Shown here one piece after another: positions 12,402 to 25,847 of a DNA stretch of 64,000 nucleotides (position 1 is the stretch's first letter; every line of letters begins with the position of its first letter). Under the pieces are notes generated by a model. That model was not told the origin of the DNA. It saw only the letters and a program-made list of their open reading frames with translations, and did not search any database. Position numbers and translations under genes: made by a program. The DNA is from Paramecium tetraurelia (Eukaryota). The stretch lies in contig CT868657.1 of NCBI GenBank assembly GCA_000165425.1, forward strand, positions 270,205-334,204, written 5' to 3'.

Positions 12402-13670
12402 TCACATTTATATATAAATCAAAATTAGAGAGATATCAATTAAGCCTTCTCCATCTTAATCCCAATATTTTTTTGTTTGGTCACCTATCTATTTTATTGC
12501 TAAATCAATGTCCTCCTAGCAAGTTGGAGGAAAATGAGCATCTAAAATTTAATCGATGACTAAAACATCCAAGATTTCCCATAATCCTGTTGATCCAATC
12601 AATAAGTATCCTGATTTAGGAACCTTAAACTCTGAAAACTCTGGTTCAGCACTTATTCCAACTGTCTTGCCAATCAAATTACCAAAACATCTTGTCAATT
12701 TGACACCAGGTTAATTTTATTTAGGTACCCACACCTTCAAATTCCCACACTTTCTTCCTTTGTATACTGCTTAATCTATTTTGCCACCTTTGTTTAATAT
12801 CCTTTGCACCTCTTTACTATTGTTCGTGTCATGAACAAAATTTAAATTCTTCTAGACAAACTTTCTGATTTCTTTTGGTCCACTCGGATCAAAATCTTTT
12901 CTATAGAAAAAGGCAGCCTTGGAATCCCCTAAATTGGCACAGTATATGGTATTATTGACAACAATCAGTGATAATAATGAACACCCATTGTTCTTTACAT
13001 CAAAATCGGTTTACTCTATCTAAAAGTTAAAAATGGATATTTACCAGATTTTGTTCCACTTTCTAGTAGATATTTTAGAAACTTTATTGTATTTACAACC
13101 CCAATCCAATTATGGGTATGACGTTGATGGCATGCACTATTTAGTCTAATGCACAATGAGTGATTATTTTCGAAAAATTTAAACCCTGGTTACCATGACT
13201 ATTTCCTAATCCTACTGCTAGATAGTCAATGTTCTGGGTCTTTTACATCTTCACCACTACTGCATCGCTGTTTTTGACAATATTCTTGGCTGCATCAAGA
13301 CCATCAAATTATCTATGATTTATTTAAATTCGTACATTGAACTTGTAAATTTAACCACATTTTTAAACTACTATGAAATTGACATTCTCTATATGGAACT
13401 CCTTTTAGCAGGCATTACGAGGTTCCTATTTGGGGATCTGAAAGTTTAGGAAATTTTTTATAATTTTGACCATTTCGATTGGGTTTCAATCTTAGGACTT
13501 GAGTTAATATCGGGGAGGGTTCTAAGGGAGCCTAGTTGAACCTAAACATCTGAAATTGTTTGTTGTGATTTCAGAGAACTTAATGGAAGCAATATGTGAG
13601 AACTTCTATTAAAGGAGACTACTCCTTGTTTTTGTTTAAGTTCGAAAAGCTTTTTATGTTAAGCACTCAT
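12402..13670 (-). CDS. PP2C (PPM)-fold protein, probably catalytically inactive
   Basis: NSDA, GLGNSHGNQG, YCANLGDSKA, HDTNNSKEVQRILNKGG, LTRCFGNLIGK, GSTGLWE, IDISLIL. Confidence 0.85.
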
Positions 13671-13855
13671 TTTTAATCAAATAATATTTATTTCAAATCT
13701 CAATTAAATCCTTAAATATTTTGATTAAAAAATAAAACTTTCTAATTTTCCAGATCATAATCTCTTTTTTATATAGTATTTAGTAGTAATAAACTAAAAA
13801 GATTAAATGTAAATATAAAATTATTCAATAAAAATGAAATTAATAATGTCTAATA

Positions 13856-15927
13856 TCACAAAACCAAATATTCGCAATCTTTGGTGGAAAGTCTTTTTAT
13901 CTTATTCTATCGCTACGTAGATGAAAACATTTCTAATGGGTCCACATTCATTTCATTATGAAATTGCTCAAAAGTTATGCTCAAATTTGGTTTGCGTCTA
14001 ACTGAAGTCCTAAATCCTCTCTCCTGCCTTTGGGATGAGCTCATTTAATTTTTCTCTTATGGAGTACCACACTCCTTTAATTGCAATTACAATTAGCTTA
14101 ACAATTCAACCTACTTAAGTAAGTCAACCTTTTAATATCTCTTAGAGGGCGTTTGAAAAGGGACTGGCTTAACTTCAGTTTTACACTCAGATTTTCTTCT
14201 GATGACATTATACTCTTTTTGATCTGACACTATTTTAGGTTTCAATTCAATAATGTTAGATTCTAAAGATGTGTTAAATGCTGAATATGTCTTATTGCAT
14301 GGAGTCTTTGGCTTACATGACTCAAATTATTTATAAGATTGTCTAATCGAAGTTTTGGTCTACTTTTTAACATCTGGTTGTTCAATATCAAATATTTAAA
14401 CCTCACTTTATCCCTTAATATTGTTTTCTAATTAATTTTGAATCAATTCATTCTACATTATAACCTTAGGAGGCGTCAGAAATTGCTTATATTATGGCAC
14501 AAAATATTCCTCTGTCTATGTGTATTAATCAGAATTTCTTGCCTCTTGAACAAATTAGTGATGAAGATTTTATTCTAAATCCTATTATTTCTACTTGACT
14601 TCCATCTCTTTCTCAAACTCAAAATTGGGTTAGTTTTACTTCTTTTTATCGGATTCATTTTACTTCTCGTTTTAATTATTGACTGCAACTTTCTATTATA
14701 ACAATTTTAACTAATTTTCTAACAAATCCTTCGAAAACTATTACTTCTATATACTCTATTAATAATTCAATAGCAATTTCTGTAACCAAGTTATCTTTGA
14801 TTGCAATTAAATAAATTAATTATGATATATTGAAGAATATTCTAAATTTTCATAGTTAACTTTGAGTTTCTACATACTCTATAAGAAATCTGAAATTGAA
14901 GATGCTTATTTTGGATTAGCAGTAATTGATTTGCTTATTTGAGTTTGATTCCTCCATACAAGGATGGCAGCATGCAATAAGCTGTTTTTATTTTGGGTGA
15001 GCACTATGTAAATTATATTCAATTACAAAAAGAAATGATTTTTTGATAATTAGTCTCTAGATCATTTTGAATCTTGTGTTACAGAGCTATTTGGGATGTC
15101 AATTCTGTTTCCTTTTGTGAGTAGGTTTCCTTAATCTTTTTCTGATCTTAGGTGAGTTTCTCCATAAATAAAGTGAGAGAGGTTTCAATCAATTATTAAT
15201 AGATTTACAATTCTCTTTCTATTATTTTGGATTAAGAGAGAATCTGATCAATTTCTTTATAATTAATGCCATAACCCTGTTTTTGATGTTTGAATACAGA
15301 TAAAATAAATGAGTTGCCATGATTTTCTTAGAAGTATTTCCAAATTTTGTATGGATCTTTTTCAAGCTAAGCTATTTTTCTGACCAAGTACTCTGCTGAT
15401 TGATGATGTTCGTGTTTTTATTTGAAATCTTTCAGTGCCTGTTTTGTCATTACTAACTCTCTTTTTTAGGCTTCGATAATGATGTTTAAATGCTTAATCT
15501 TATTTTCATAGTTGTGAGAAACCTTTTCGAGGTTCTTGTTTATGATATCCAAAGTAGCTTAATCTTTTATTAAATTTCTATCAATTAATATATTCTCATT
15601 ATTGAGTTATGCGTGGTTTAGTCTGTAAATTTATTCGGTTAGATTTTGAATTTCCTTCATGTAAGATGATGTTTAATCCTGTATTAATTGATCTCTTTTT
15701 GTTAACTTCTCAGTCAGATCTTTTAACTACTTCTTACATTTTTTGTGCAGATCCAAATCACTGTCATCCATATCTCCAATCTTTCGTTCCTTTTGAACAA
15801 TAAACAATTTGACTTTGTTACAAGGGTTCTCTCTTAAATGACTTTTGAGGTTATAAATCAAATTAAGTAAGTCTGATTTCTATTTATATTCTTAGACCGT
15901 ATTATTATCGTCAACAATGTAGGTCAT
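13856..15927 (-). CDS. Hypothetical coiled-coil protein
   Basis: Long Q/K/E-rich ciliate-code frame, canonical intron near 15007-15029, TGA 13856-13858. Confidence 0.75.
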
Positions 15928-16073
15928 AATTTAGTATATCATTTGATAGCATGACTCCTCTGTTTAATGAAAAAGTTAAATTATTTGTTAAATAGACTCA
16001 TCGAGTTAAAGCAGTATAAAATTCATAATATATAATATTTTAACACATTTCAAGCTATTATTAATTTTTAATA

Positions 16074-17736
16074 ATGAACAATAATATTGGCGAAGATGAT
16101 GATGATATGCTCATCAGTGGAGCTAGGAACAACAACAGAGGTCAGATCAATTTAGATTTATCGAATTATTCATGCAACATGTAAGAGTCATATCCACTGC
16201 TATATAAGACCTGATATCACCCCATCATTTGATCTGCTTAATTTTAGGAAGTTCATCCTGAATCAAAACTGGAATATTGGTGACTTATAGGAGTTGATTC
16301 TGAATTGCTAATTGAGTTCGATCAAATTGAGATTCAGCATATGGAGATTGTTCCTAGGCATCTTTTCAATTGATGACCCTCTCGAGTAGAAAATCATTAA
16401 GCTCAATTAACATAGATCGGATTATTAAAATTTAAGCAAGTAATATTTATAAGCTGAAACAAAGAAAGAATCCAAAAGAACTATAAGAAATCCCTTGTAA
16501 TAAAATTAATAAGAATAGCAAAAACCCAATGTAAATATAGATATAATCCTGAATTAAGGTTTGGAATAACTTTTTTGAGATCAACCATCTAAAAAGTGAA
16601 ATAAAGAAGGATGTTGATAGAACTCATCAGGATAAATAGTTATTTCAGAGCTTAAAGATAAAGAATTTGCTGTCGAACATTTTATTCATCTGGAGTGTTA
16701 AGAACCCTACAATCTCATATAGATAAGGAATGAACGAATTGGCAGCTAATGTTATTGAGGTCTACTTCACAGAAGTCCAAGGGTTTAATAGTTTGGAAGA
16801 TAGTGAGGATAAGAAGGAGATAGCAATATTCTATGATATCAAGTTTGCAGAAGAAGATATCTTTTAATTGTTTGAATAAATCATGGTTGCTCATGTTGAT
16901 ATGTTTAAACATACACCAGAAAGCCAGAAGAAACAACAACTAATAATATAGAATAGGATCCAGAAAATCTATGATCAATAGTTGAAAATAATTGATGTCA
17001 CCTTATTCAAGCATTTAAAAGTCCAGGATGTTGAACTATCAGTATTTCTAGTTAGATGGATTAGGTATTATTATTGGGAATATTAATTTAGATGTATGTT
17101 TACAAGAGAATTCCATGTGGAAGATTCTTTGAAAGTTTGGGATGCCATATTCTATGATTACTACCTTACTGAGGATAAATAATGGCTTTTATTGGTTGAT
17201 TGTATTGTTATAGCCATGTTTGTCTATGTCCGAGATTAAAGTACTAGAATTTCAATTATATAATTCTAGTACTCGAAAAGGATGATCCAAATGCCTGTTT
17301 GAAAAGGTTTCTGAAATACCCTCCAGTTGAAAATCTAGCCTAATTGATTCAGGCTGCCTTTAGCATTAAAAGAGTTCTACAGTCTGCTAATCCTGAACAA
17401 GCTTTACTTCAAGATCAGTTCCTGATTACTTTCCTAGGCAGTAGAGATGTCAGCAAGTCTCCCAAAATATTCTAAATTGCTAAGAATCAAGAAATTCCTG
17501 AAGAAAACAACAAGTAAATAAGATTATCAAATAGATTGATAGATGCAACCAATTTGAAGTAACAAGACAGTATTGAGATGCAGGTGAATCAAGCATAACT
17601 CTTACTTAAAGCATTAAATCAAGGGATTGTGTGTATCCAGAGATTCAACACAGATAAGTCTGTTAATGAAGTGAAGTAACTACTAGAAAATGCCAAATCA
17701 GAACTGTTAAAATGTTTAGATAAACAATCAAATTGA
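16074..17736 (+). CDS. TBC-domain Rab GTPase-activating protein (TBC1D5-like)
   Basis: LRFSIWRLFLG, IKKDVDRT (R finger), SYRQGMNELAA (Q finger), RWIRCMFTREF, LKYPP. Confidence 0.92.
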
Positions 17737-17745
17737 ATTTTAAAC

Positions 17746-18935
17746 TCATAAATTATGTGCACCCAATAGCCCATGTAAACTCTCTCTCTTTTAAAGTCTG
17801 TATATAGTTTCAGCTAACAATGGAGCCACACTTAAAACGCTCAATTTTTCATGTAAAATTTGTTTATCTAAATCCTTTACTTGTATGGTATCAGTAACAT
17901 AAATCTTGGATAAATTTGAAATTCCTAAATTAAGGGCTGCTTTCCCTGAAAATACTGGATGTGTTCCATATGCCATTACTGTTTTGGCTCCTTCCCTTTT
18001 TAAGATATCCGCAGCATTCTTTAGTGTCCTTCCTGAATCTATAATATCATCGACGATCAAACAATTTTTTCCATTCACATCTCCGACTAGACTTATTTCT
18101 GTCTCACTAACTGGATGTTTAGACTTGTATATCATAGCCAATTCTATGTTACCAATTAATTCTTACTCGTCTTAATATTAGGGAATGCTACTCTTAATTC
18201 ATCTTACACTTTCTTTACTCTTGATACACCATTAAAATCAGGAGAAACTAAAGTCAATTCGTTTGGTGGACTTAATTTTAAAGGGTGGTTATTAAGCTCG
18301 TAAATGAGTGTTATGTATGGCGAAAGATTATCCACTGGAACACTAGTAGAAAAAGCACCTTAGAGTTATCCTCGATGAAGATCAATTGAAACCAGGTGAT
18401 CTATTCCAGTTTGCTCCAAGATTTTTGCGATATCTGCAGCTGCAATCGACTCAGTTTTAGCTAACTTGTGATCTTATCTTGAATATCCATAATAAGGAAT
18501 GATGACTGTAATGGTTTTTACAGATGCTCTTCTTAATGCACTTATAAACAAAAATAATTCAACCAGATTTTCATTTACCGGAGGACATGTTGATTGAATT
18601 ATAAATGCATTTCTTCCTCTTACATTCTCTAAAACCTAAAGATCAAAGAAACATAACTTATATGTTGCATTCCCCATCCGCAAATCTCTCGAGCAGCACC
18701 TTCCCAAGGGATATACCTAAACACTTTGCCACCTCGCTTGCCAATTTGGTATTAGAATTACCACTAAAAACTATTGTTTCTGGTCTTTTGAATATTATTA
18801 ATATTCATACTCAATCTTGTATTATTTCTAATTACTATAGACCTTCGTGTAGGATTCTTCTCGATTGTAAGTGGATAATTAAAGCAAAGAAGACTTACAA
18901 ACGAAGGGAACAACAAGATATTTCAAATTTCTCAT
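17746..18935 (-). CDS. PRPS: Ribose-phosphate pyrophosphokinase (PRPP synthetase) with N-terminal extension
   Basis: [46 protein letters not shown]. Confidence 0.93.
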
Positions 18936-19096
18936 TTTAATTTCTGAAAGATATGAATAAATATACAACTTACAATTTATCAAATATAATCTCTAGTTAT
19001 GTACTATATATGACAATAGAACTGGATCAGAAATCAACTTATTTTATGATTTATCTCAATAATATCATTACATTAAATATTGAGAATAGTCTTTAA

Positions 19097-22000
19097 TCAT
19101 AATAGATATTAACCAACGGATTTTATTTTATCGTTAGCCACTAACATCATATCCAATGTTTTAGGATCTATTTTCTGTGTATTCATCCTTTACTTCTTGT
19201 CCTATTTAGTAATTTAATTTCTCTTTTGAGTGTACTTAGGTAATAATCCTCTCTAATACTCTGCGGCATATTACCTATCCTTTTCTGTCGGATAGTCAAG
19301 ATCACATTAATTAACCTTCAATTTATAAGCTATATTACCTCCTTATTATACTGGGAATTAAAAGATTAAAAAAATTTTAAAATTTCAGTTTCCTACTTAA
19401 ATTCTTTGATTCTATTCTATTAGTTCTCGATTTCAACAGGATCCAATTTACTGATAAATTTCAAGTTCTTCTGAACTGGACTATTTATGTCTTATTAAAA
19501 ATATGCTTGTTGTTAACTTGGAAAAGTAGTTTAAACTTAATTTTCAAATTTCAAATTTGAAACTTTATTTAAATCATCTCTTCCCAATACTTTCAATTTT
19601 TATTCTGAAAGATGTTTTAATTCATCATAACAATTATCATAATATCGATTAAAACCAATATCTTGTTTTGCTACGTTTTTTAATTATTCCTATCTCTATC
19701 TGTCTATTAAAATATAATTAATTGCAATACATAACATAATCTAATATTTTACATCCTGATCAGCATTCGATTCTAGTTGCTAAATCAATTCTTCAATAAT
19801 CGCACACTTTTAAGACAATGGCATGTCATCAGGGATTTAATATTGCTCCATCAATTCTCTTTCGTATTTCATTTTTTCTATTTATTTCTAATATTCCATG
19901 TATTTTGATTTTTCCCTCTCCTATTATTCAAGTTTTGTTGGCTAATTTAACAATAAGTAATCATACATCATGAGGAGAGTTTTAATTAGAATTCTTCTTA
20001 ATTGTTGAAGCCAGACTGGCTGCTGCTGCAACATGCAATTTGAGTTGCGAAGCATTTTTAACTGGCTTGGATCTACTTGATTTCTCCCCTTAAGACGATT
20101 CTATTGTTAATTTACTTTCCGGCTAACTATCATCTGATCTTTGTTGCTATTATTATTCCCTTACTTGATACTTTTATTTTGTTGTTAATTTATTATTATT
20201 TTTTACACTATTTTATGTATTATGATTTGGAATCTACATTCTCTATTAAGTTTGATTTATTAAAAATTGGCCGGATTATTGGGAATGAGGTGTTTGAATT
20301 GAAGATTAAATCTATAATTTTGATTGGGTTTGAATTTAATTTGAACTTTATTATGAGTGTTCTTCTGATTTTTGATTATTGAATGAAGGTGTAATACTTT
20401 ATACGTTTTTTATTTTCTAAATAGGAGAGCATTCAATAGATTCTTCAATTATTACATTACTTTATGCAGGTTCACATTAATTTACTTATATATTCATTTA
20501 TTAGTTTAAGTTAGGATAATGTTCATCACTATGCATAATAGATGTCATACTGATTTATTGAAGCAACTACAGAGATTGTTATTAATCAATATTACCATGA
20601 GTTTAAAATTGTGGATAATCTTACTATTTATTAGTTTCTACATTTGTAGTTGCAGGTCTATTAGAATTTAAATGATTATGTAAATAATGTTATTTATTCA
20701 AGGATTAATCTAATAAGGAGATTTAAGACTCCTCCCTTGAGATTGAAATTTATTAACCATGTTATAGATCTTCTATTTTTTATTCATTTGATTGTAAAGT
20801 TCTCAATTTTGTTTTAGTCGACTTGCCTGACTACAATGTTCTGGATGACTAAGGAGGTGATAGAAAATTATTATGTTGTTTAATTTCATCAGTAGTTGGA
20901 GTTATTAGATTGTTGTTCTATATATCTAATGAATTTTTATAATCTAATTAATACGATTACCTATTGTTATCTAATTTGTTATGTTATAATTATTATTCTT
21001 AATTATTATCTAAATATTTTGCACTTTGAATCGACTGCTTGTTTTATTTAGGATCTGTATCCAAAAACGATAATTCAGTATGAGTTCCATACGTAATCTA
21101 TTTCAATCCATCACTCAAAGTAAGTTGTATTCTTTGAGAACTTAAATCATCATCATTGTTATTATTATATTACTACAATTTATCTTTAAAATCTATTCTA
21201 CTTGAATCATTACCATGTAGTTATTATTATTGTATTTTAGAATTACTTTAAGAATTTTATGTATTGATTGGATCTCCTCTCCCATTTAATATTTTATTAT
21301 CTGTTTTGGATTAGTCATTTATTATTTCTTCATTATTTTTGTTTAATTACGATTCCAAGAGTGATTAGTTATATTTTAAAACAGAATTTTCATTATTTTA
21401 ATTTACTTTGGTTGATTAATCAATAAAACTTGTTTGATAATTTCTTTCCTATAATTTTGCGTAATTCTCTTACTTTTCTATTTTCCCATATTAACTTACA
21501 ATATTAATAGTGGGTTTTTAATTTCTGTTCTTAAAATTACTTTAGTTACCAGCCAACTGCTTTTAAATTGACATTTCTTTCAACTCCTCATCAGCTGATG
21601 TTTTAATACGACTATTTAACTAAAATGAATTAATAATAACTCTTGAAGTTGTTGAATCGTTTTAATGATAACTTCCATTCGTAAACAACCTCTACCCTTC
21701 TTGATTACTTTTCTAATCTAATGTGTATTTTTCATCCTTCCCAAATTATTGTTGAGTATCTACTTTAGAGATTTACTTTGCTTTATTGTTTCGATTCATT
21801 TTGCGAGATAAGCAAAGATAGTTTTTTCTTGAATCTATTGATTAAGAAAACATTCGTTTAACTTCGTAATTCACTTTCTATTCCTTGATTGGTGGTTAGT
21901 TCTTCATTAAATTTTGCTTTATTATTCCTAAGATCTGCAAATGCAATGGTTAAATAGTCCTCTTTTCCTTTTGTTTCCTCGATAGAAGATCACAAAATTA

Positions 22001-22275
22001 AGCTTGATCAACATACGATATTGACAACAAGTAACCAGCCAGAACCCTTTCAACTATGGCCAATATAAAGAGATCTTCTCTTTCAAGATTCCTTTTATTA
22101 TTCAACTAAAATTCATAAGTTTACATTTTTATATTAAGTTTAATTAAAATTTATCTGAAGACGATTCATGATATTGTTCAATTAGCAAAATTGGGTATTT
22201 TACTAGAATTGATTAATTAATTTCCAGCTTTTTAAGCATGTCCTTATCTCGCTATTTGTAAATAACATCAATCAT
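19097..22275 (-). CDS. Large Q/N-rich hypothetical protein
   Basis: Long ciliate-code frame with canonical tiny introns (for example gtatgattacttattgttaaattag and gtaatatagcttataaattgaag); could be two genes. Confidence 0.65.
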
Positions 22276-22796
22276 TTTTATCTTAGATAATCATTTAATT
22301 ATTAAATTTTGGAGCATGATTAAAGGTGATTAAAAAAACAGTCAATAAGTTTTAGTTCATTAAAGGCCTTTTAAATTAAAACCTTTATAATATATATCAA
22401 TTCTTTAACTTTCTGTTAACTTGACTTGAGTAACTTCAAATTAACCTGTAACAAATTCTTACATTATAAAATATCTTCAAAAATCGATATTAATATATAA
22501 GGAAATGACTAAAAATGCAAAATAAAAATACTTTAATTATTTTGAAGATATCTACATATTTTATGGTATCTTTCAATTTGACTAGATAAAATAGCTTACA
22601 ATATTTGTTTTTATGTGTTTTTCAATCATATTATAAAAATAAATTTTCTTTTTTATCTTACTTTTAATATAATTTATAATGTAGATCATTTAATCATATT
22701 CTGAGGTATTTCACTCGCATATTGATTATTTAAATTATAGAATTTTTATTCAAAATAATATTATTTAAATATTTATATAAATAATTTATTATTAAT

Positions 22797-23259
22797 ATGG
22801 ACCACTTTGAATAGCCATCAGCAAAATTGCTTTATCTTATTAATGAGATGAATAGACTGAAAATGATCACACAATTGGAGAAATGCACATTAAAATGTAT
22901 TATAAATATATATAATCTCAGAGTTTATTTTGTAGGAACATCAAGGGATCTACGACCTTTTGAAACAATATCCAAAGAGTGACACTGAACTTGAGTTGGC
23001 AGAGGCCATAATTATATTATTAAGAGGAGCTCCAAATTCAGGATGTAATATAATTGAATTATTATTTTAGAATAATAAGTTCAAGATGATGGCGAATATT
23101 AAGCAGATTTGGTTATTACAGATGATGTAAGAATTAATTGAATATGTATTAAAGCTTTAATCTCCTTTGGGTAATCAATTGATGAGTAGGAAGAATTATA
23201 AATAAAAGAAACATTAACAACAAGATAGCAGACCTTTTGAATTAAATAAGATCCAATGA
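22797..23259 (+). CDS. Small hypothetical protein (3 introns)
   Basis: MDHFEQPSAKLLYLINEMNRLKMITQLEKCTLKQFILQEH...QSPLGNQLMSRKNYKQK...; three GTA..AG introns restore the frame to TGA 23257-23259. Confidence 0.8.
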
Positions 23260-23299
23260 TTCAGTTTACAGGAATATATATAAAACATTTATATCAATT

Positions 23300-24090
23300 G
23301 TCAATCCTCTTCATATAAAAAATAATTGAAAAAATATTTTCGAATGGGAGAACGAAGTCCTATTCTAAATATTATCAGTCTCCATTGATGAGCATTCGTG
23401 CTGATGATACAAAACTACTCGATAATCCAGACCTTTCAAACATTGAAACCTCAACATCATTTAAATCGGGACAATATTATTTGCCTTCAAAAATTATACT
23501 TATTATTTAATATATACCATCCAATCAATTATTCCTATCTTTTAACTTGAAATTACTAAAATGTTTGAGAAATCATTGAAAAATCAGACTAAACACATTA
23601 TAAAAGAGTATTCAATACTAATAGAAAATTTTAACTTCATTTTGAGAATTTTTATTTAATAATAAACACACATACTTGCATTCCTAGTTTAGGAGAGTTC
23701 CAAAAATTAATTGTGGATTTTTATTAATATACGTATAATTATTATTTTGCTCTATTCAAAAACTCTACTTGAATAATACTTTCATTATTGATATAAATTG
23801 CAAGAGGAGTTTCATTTGAACTTATATATCTTTTTGTCCATGTACTAAATTTTTAGAAACTAAACTCTATTAAATTTATAGCCAATTGATTTTGAGATAC
23901 TTAATTTTCCCTATTTTTATTTTAATGGAACTTCAACTTCTATACCCAATATTTATAATTATTAAAGATTTTTAGCTTTTTCGAGAAGGATGTTTTTTTA
24001 TTTTATTTTCCTTCAATTTTTGGATTAAGAATATGTACATTAGTATATCTATTTATAAATTTTCAAATATGATCTGCTAATCATCATTAA
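23300..24090 (-). other. Possible degenerate gene or pseudogene
   Basis: Coding-like stretches and intron-like motifs on the minus strand, but I could not build a continuous frame. Confidence 0.25.
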
Positions 24091-24133
24091 CATATTAACG
24101 AACAAGTGATTTAATATAGTATTCTAATTAAAT

Positions 24134-25675
24134 ATGAAAAAAATTTCTAATTAGTTAAGGAATGTCGATTTCTTTAGTGTTACCTACACTCCAGCAATTT
24201 CAGATGGATTGACCTATAATCATTCCAGTGTTCTAGGCGGGATAATATCGCTGATAATTGGAGTCTTAAGTCTATGTTATTGCATATACTACTTGTACTT
24301 GTGGTGGAGCTATTCTTTGTTGCCAAAAGTCACAGAAGATATTAATAACTTTACGGATGATTCACAGTTTGGATTTTTAAGTAATCATATACAAGTCATC
24401 GCGAATGATATTAATGGAAAATCCCCAATAAATCCATTCAAAAGTGATGAAATTGTTGTGCTGCCATTGATCTTAGATCTTGATGAAGGGTTGAACTGGT
24501 AACCTCTTATAAGTAATATCACTAAAGATCAAGATCTGGACATCAATTTTCAGATGAGCAAAGACAAATAATATATGATCTTGTTTACACTCTGCAAGGA
24601 AGAATACCTTATTGCAGATTATTAATGTGCATCTGAAGAAGTGAAGCAAAATTATTTCAGTTAAATGGGCAATACTCTCTACACTGAGATAGAATTTACA
24701 ACTATTAACCCATCAACATTTGAACCATAATCATTTTATAGAACATATCCATTTTATATTCATTCAAATGCTGAAATGTGCTCATCCATTACTTTACATT
24801 ACCAAATGAATCACTACTTAATAGATAAGGCTTTTCTCTTTTCAACTGGATAAGAAGAACAGAATTACATTTCAAACTCGCTTAATTATCCACAATATGC
24901 CATGAAGGAATTTTGCGACCAATATTATATGTCAGACACATATGGAGCTTTTGTGATTTTGTTTTAACAACAATATCATACAATTCAGATTGGATACCCT
25001 TCAATTAGTGAGGTATTTGCAGCGATTGGATCAATCGTCAGCATTTTATTTTCAGTCAAATATGTGATCACCTTACTGAATCTGACATAAATGAGATAAT
25101 CAATTTTAGATGATATAATGAGACAGTACTATCCTGAAATTAAATAATTTAAAATCATTAAGAATCTTTGGGGCAAGGTGGTTTCAGTCAAATTCCAAGG
25201 AGTATAAGTAGAGGTTCCCAGTTATTTGGCATTTTAGAAACAAATTCATTCCTAAATGGCTTGCAAACTCAACTACAAGAATTTACTCTATGAAATGTCT
25301 CGATTTTAATTCATTTTGATGTCTTTCAAGCGAAGGAATGAAATTGAGAGGTTCCACCACGTCGGGATAAAGGTTCCCATTCAATTGTCTGAAAATGGAG
25401 AGTCGTATTAAATTTCACATGGTATTCAAAACTAATTGAAGACTCTGAATCTACGGCATTGCAATACATTAAACACTAAATATGACATTCTGACTATTAA
25501 TGATGCCTTAATTTTGAGTCAGGAATACAAGAAGAACAATCACTTGTCTGAGGGGAGAAGCGAGTTCGAGCCTCTTTAAACCACGAATTAGAAGTAGGAG
25601 GATTTGGAGCGGGATCAAGAATTCTATGAGATTAACTATATTAAGCCTAACAATGAACTTGAGGAAAATAATTGA
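24134..25675 (+). CDS. Two-TM protein with large extracellular loop (ciliate-type family)
   Basis: Apparently intronless frame; TM1 LGGIISLIIGVLSLCYCIYYLYLWW, Cys-containing loop, TM2 YPSISEVFAAIGSIVSILFSV. Confidence 0.85.
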
Positions 25676-25847
25676 TGATTAATAAGAGAGACAAAATTAT
25701 ATATCAATAATAATTGTATGAAAAACATGCAAATAATTATTAAATATATAGAATTTTATAAAAATAAAATTAAATCTAAAAATACTCAAGTCATAAGCTT
25801 TAGATTCTAAAAAAATTTGATAAATTAAATTCATTTTAAATATCTTC

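Noticed and set aside
20077..20382. Hydrophobic plus-strand ORF
   Set aside because: Antisense shadow of a Q/N/K-rich minus-strand gene; the same holds for most other short ORFs that oppose called genes
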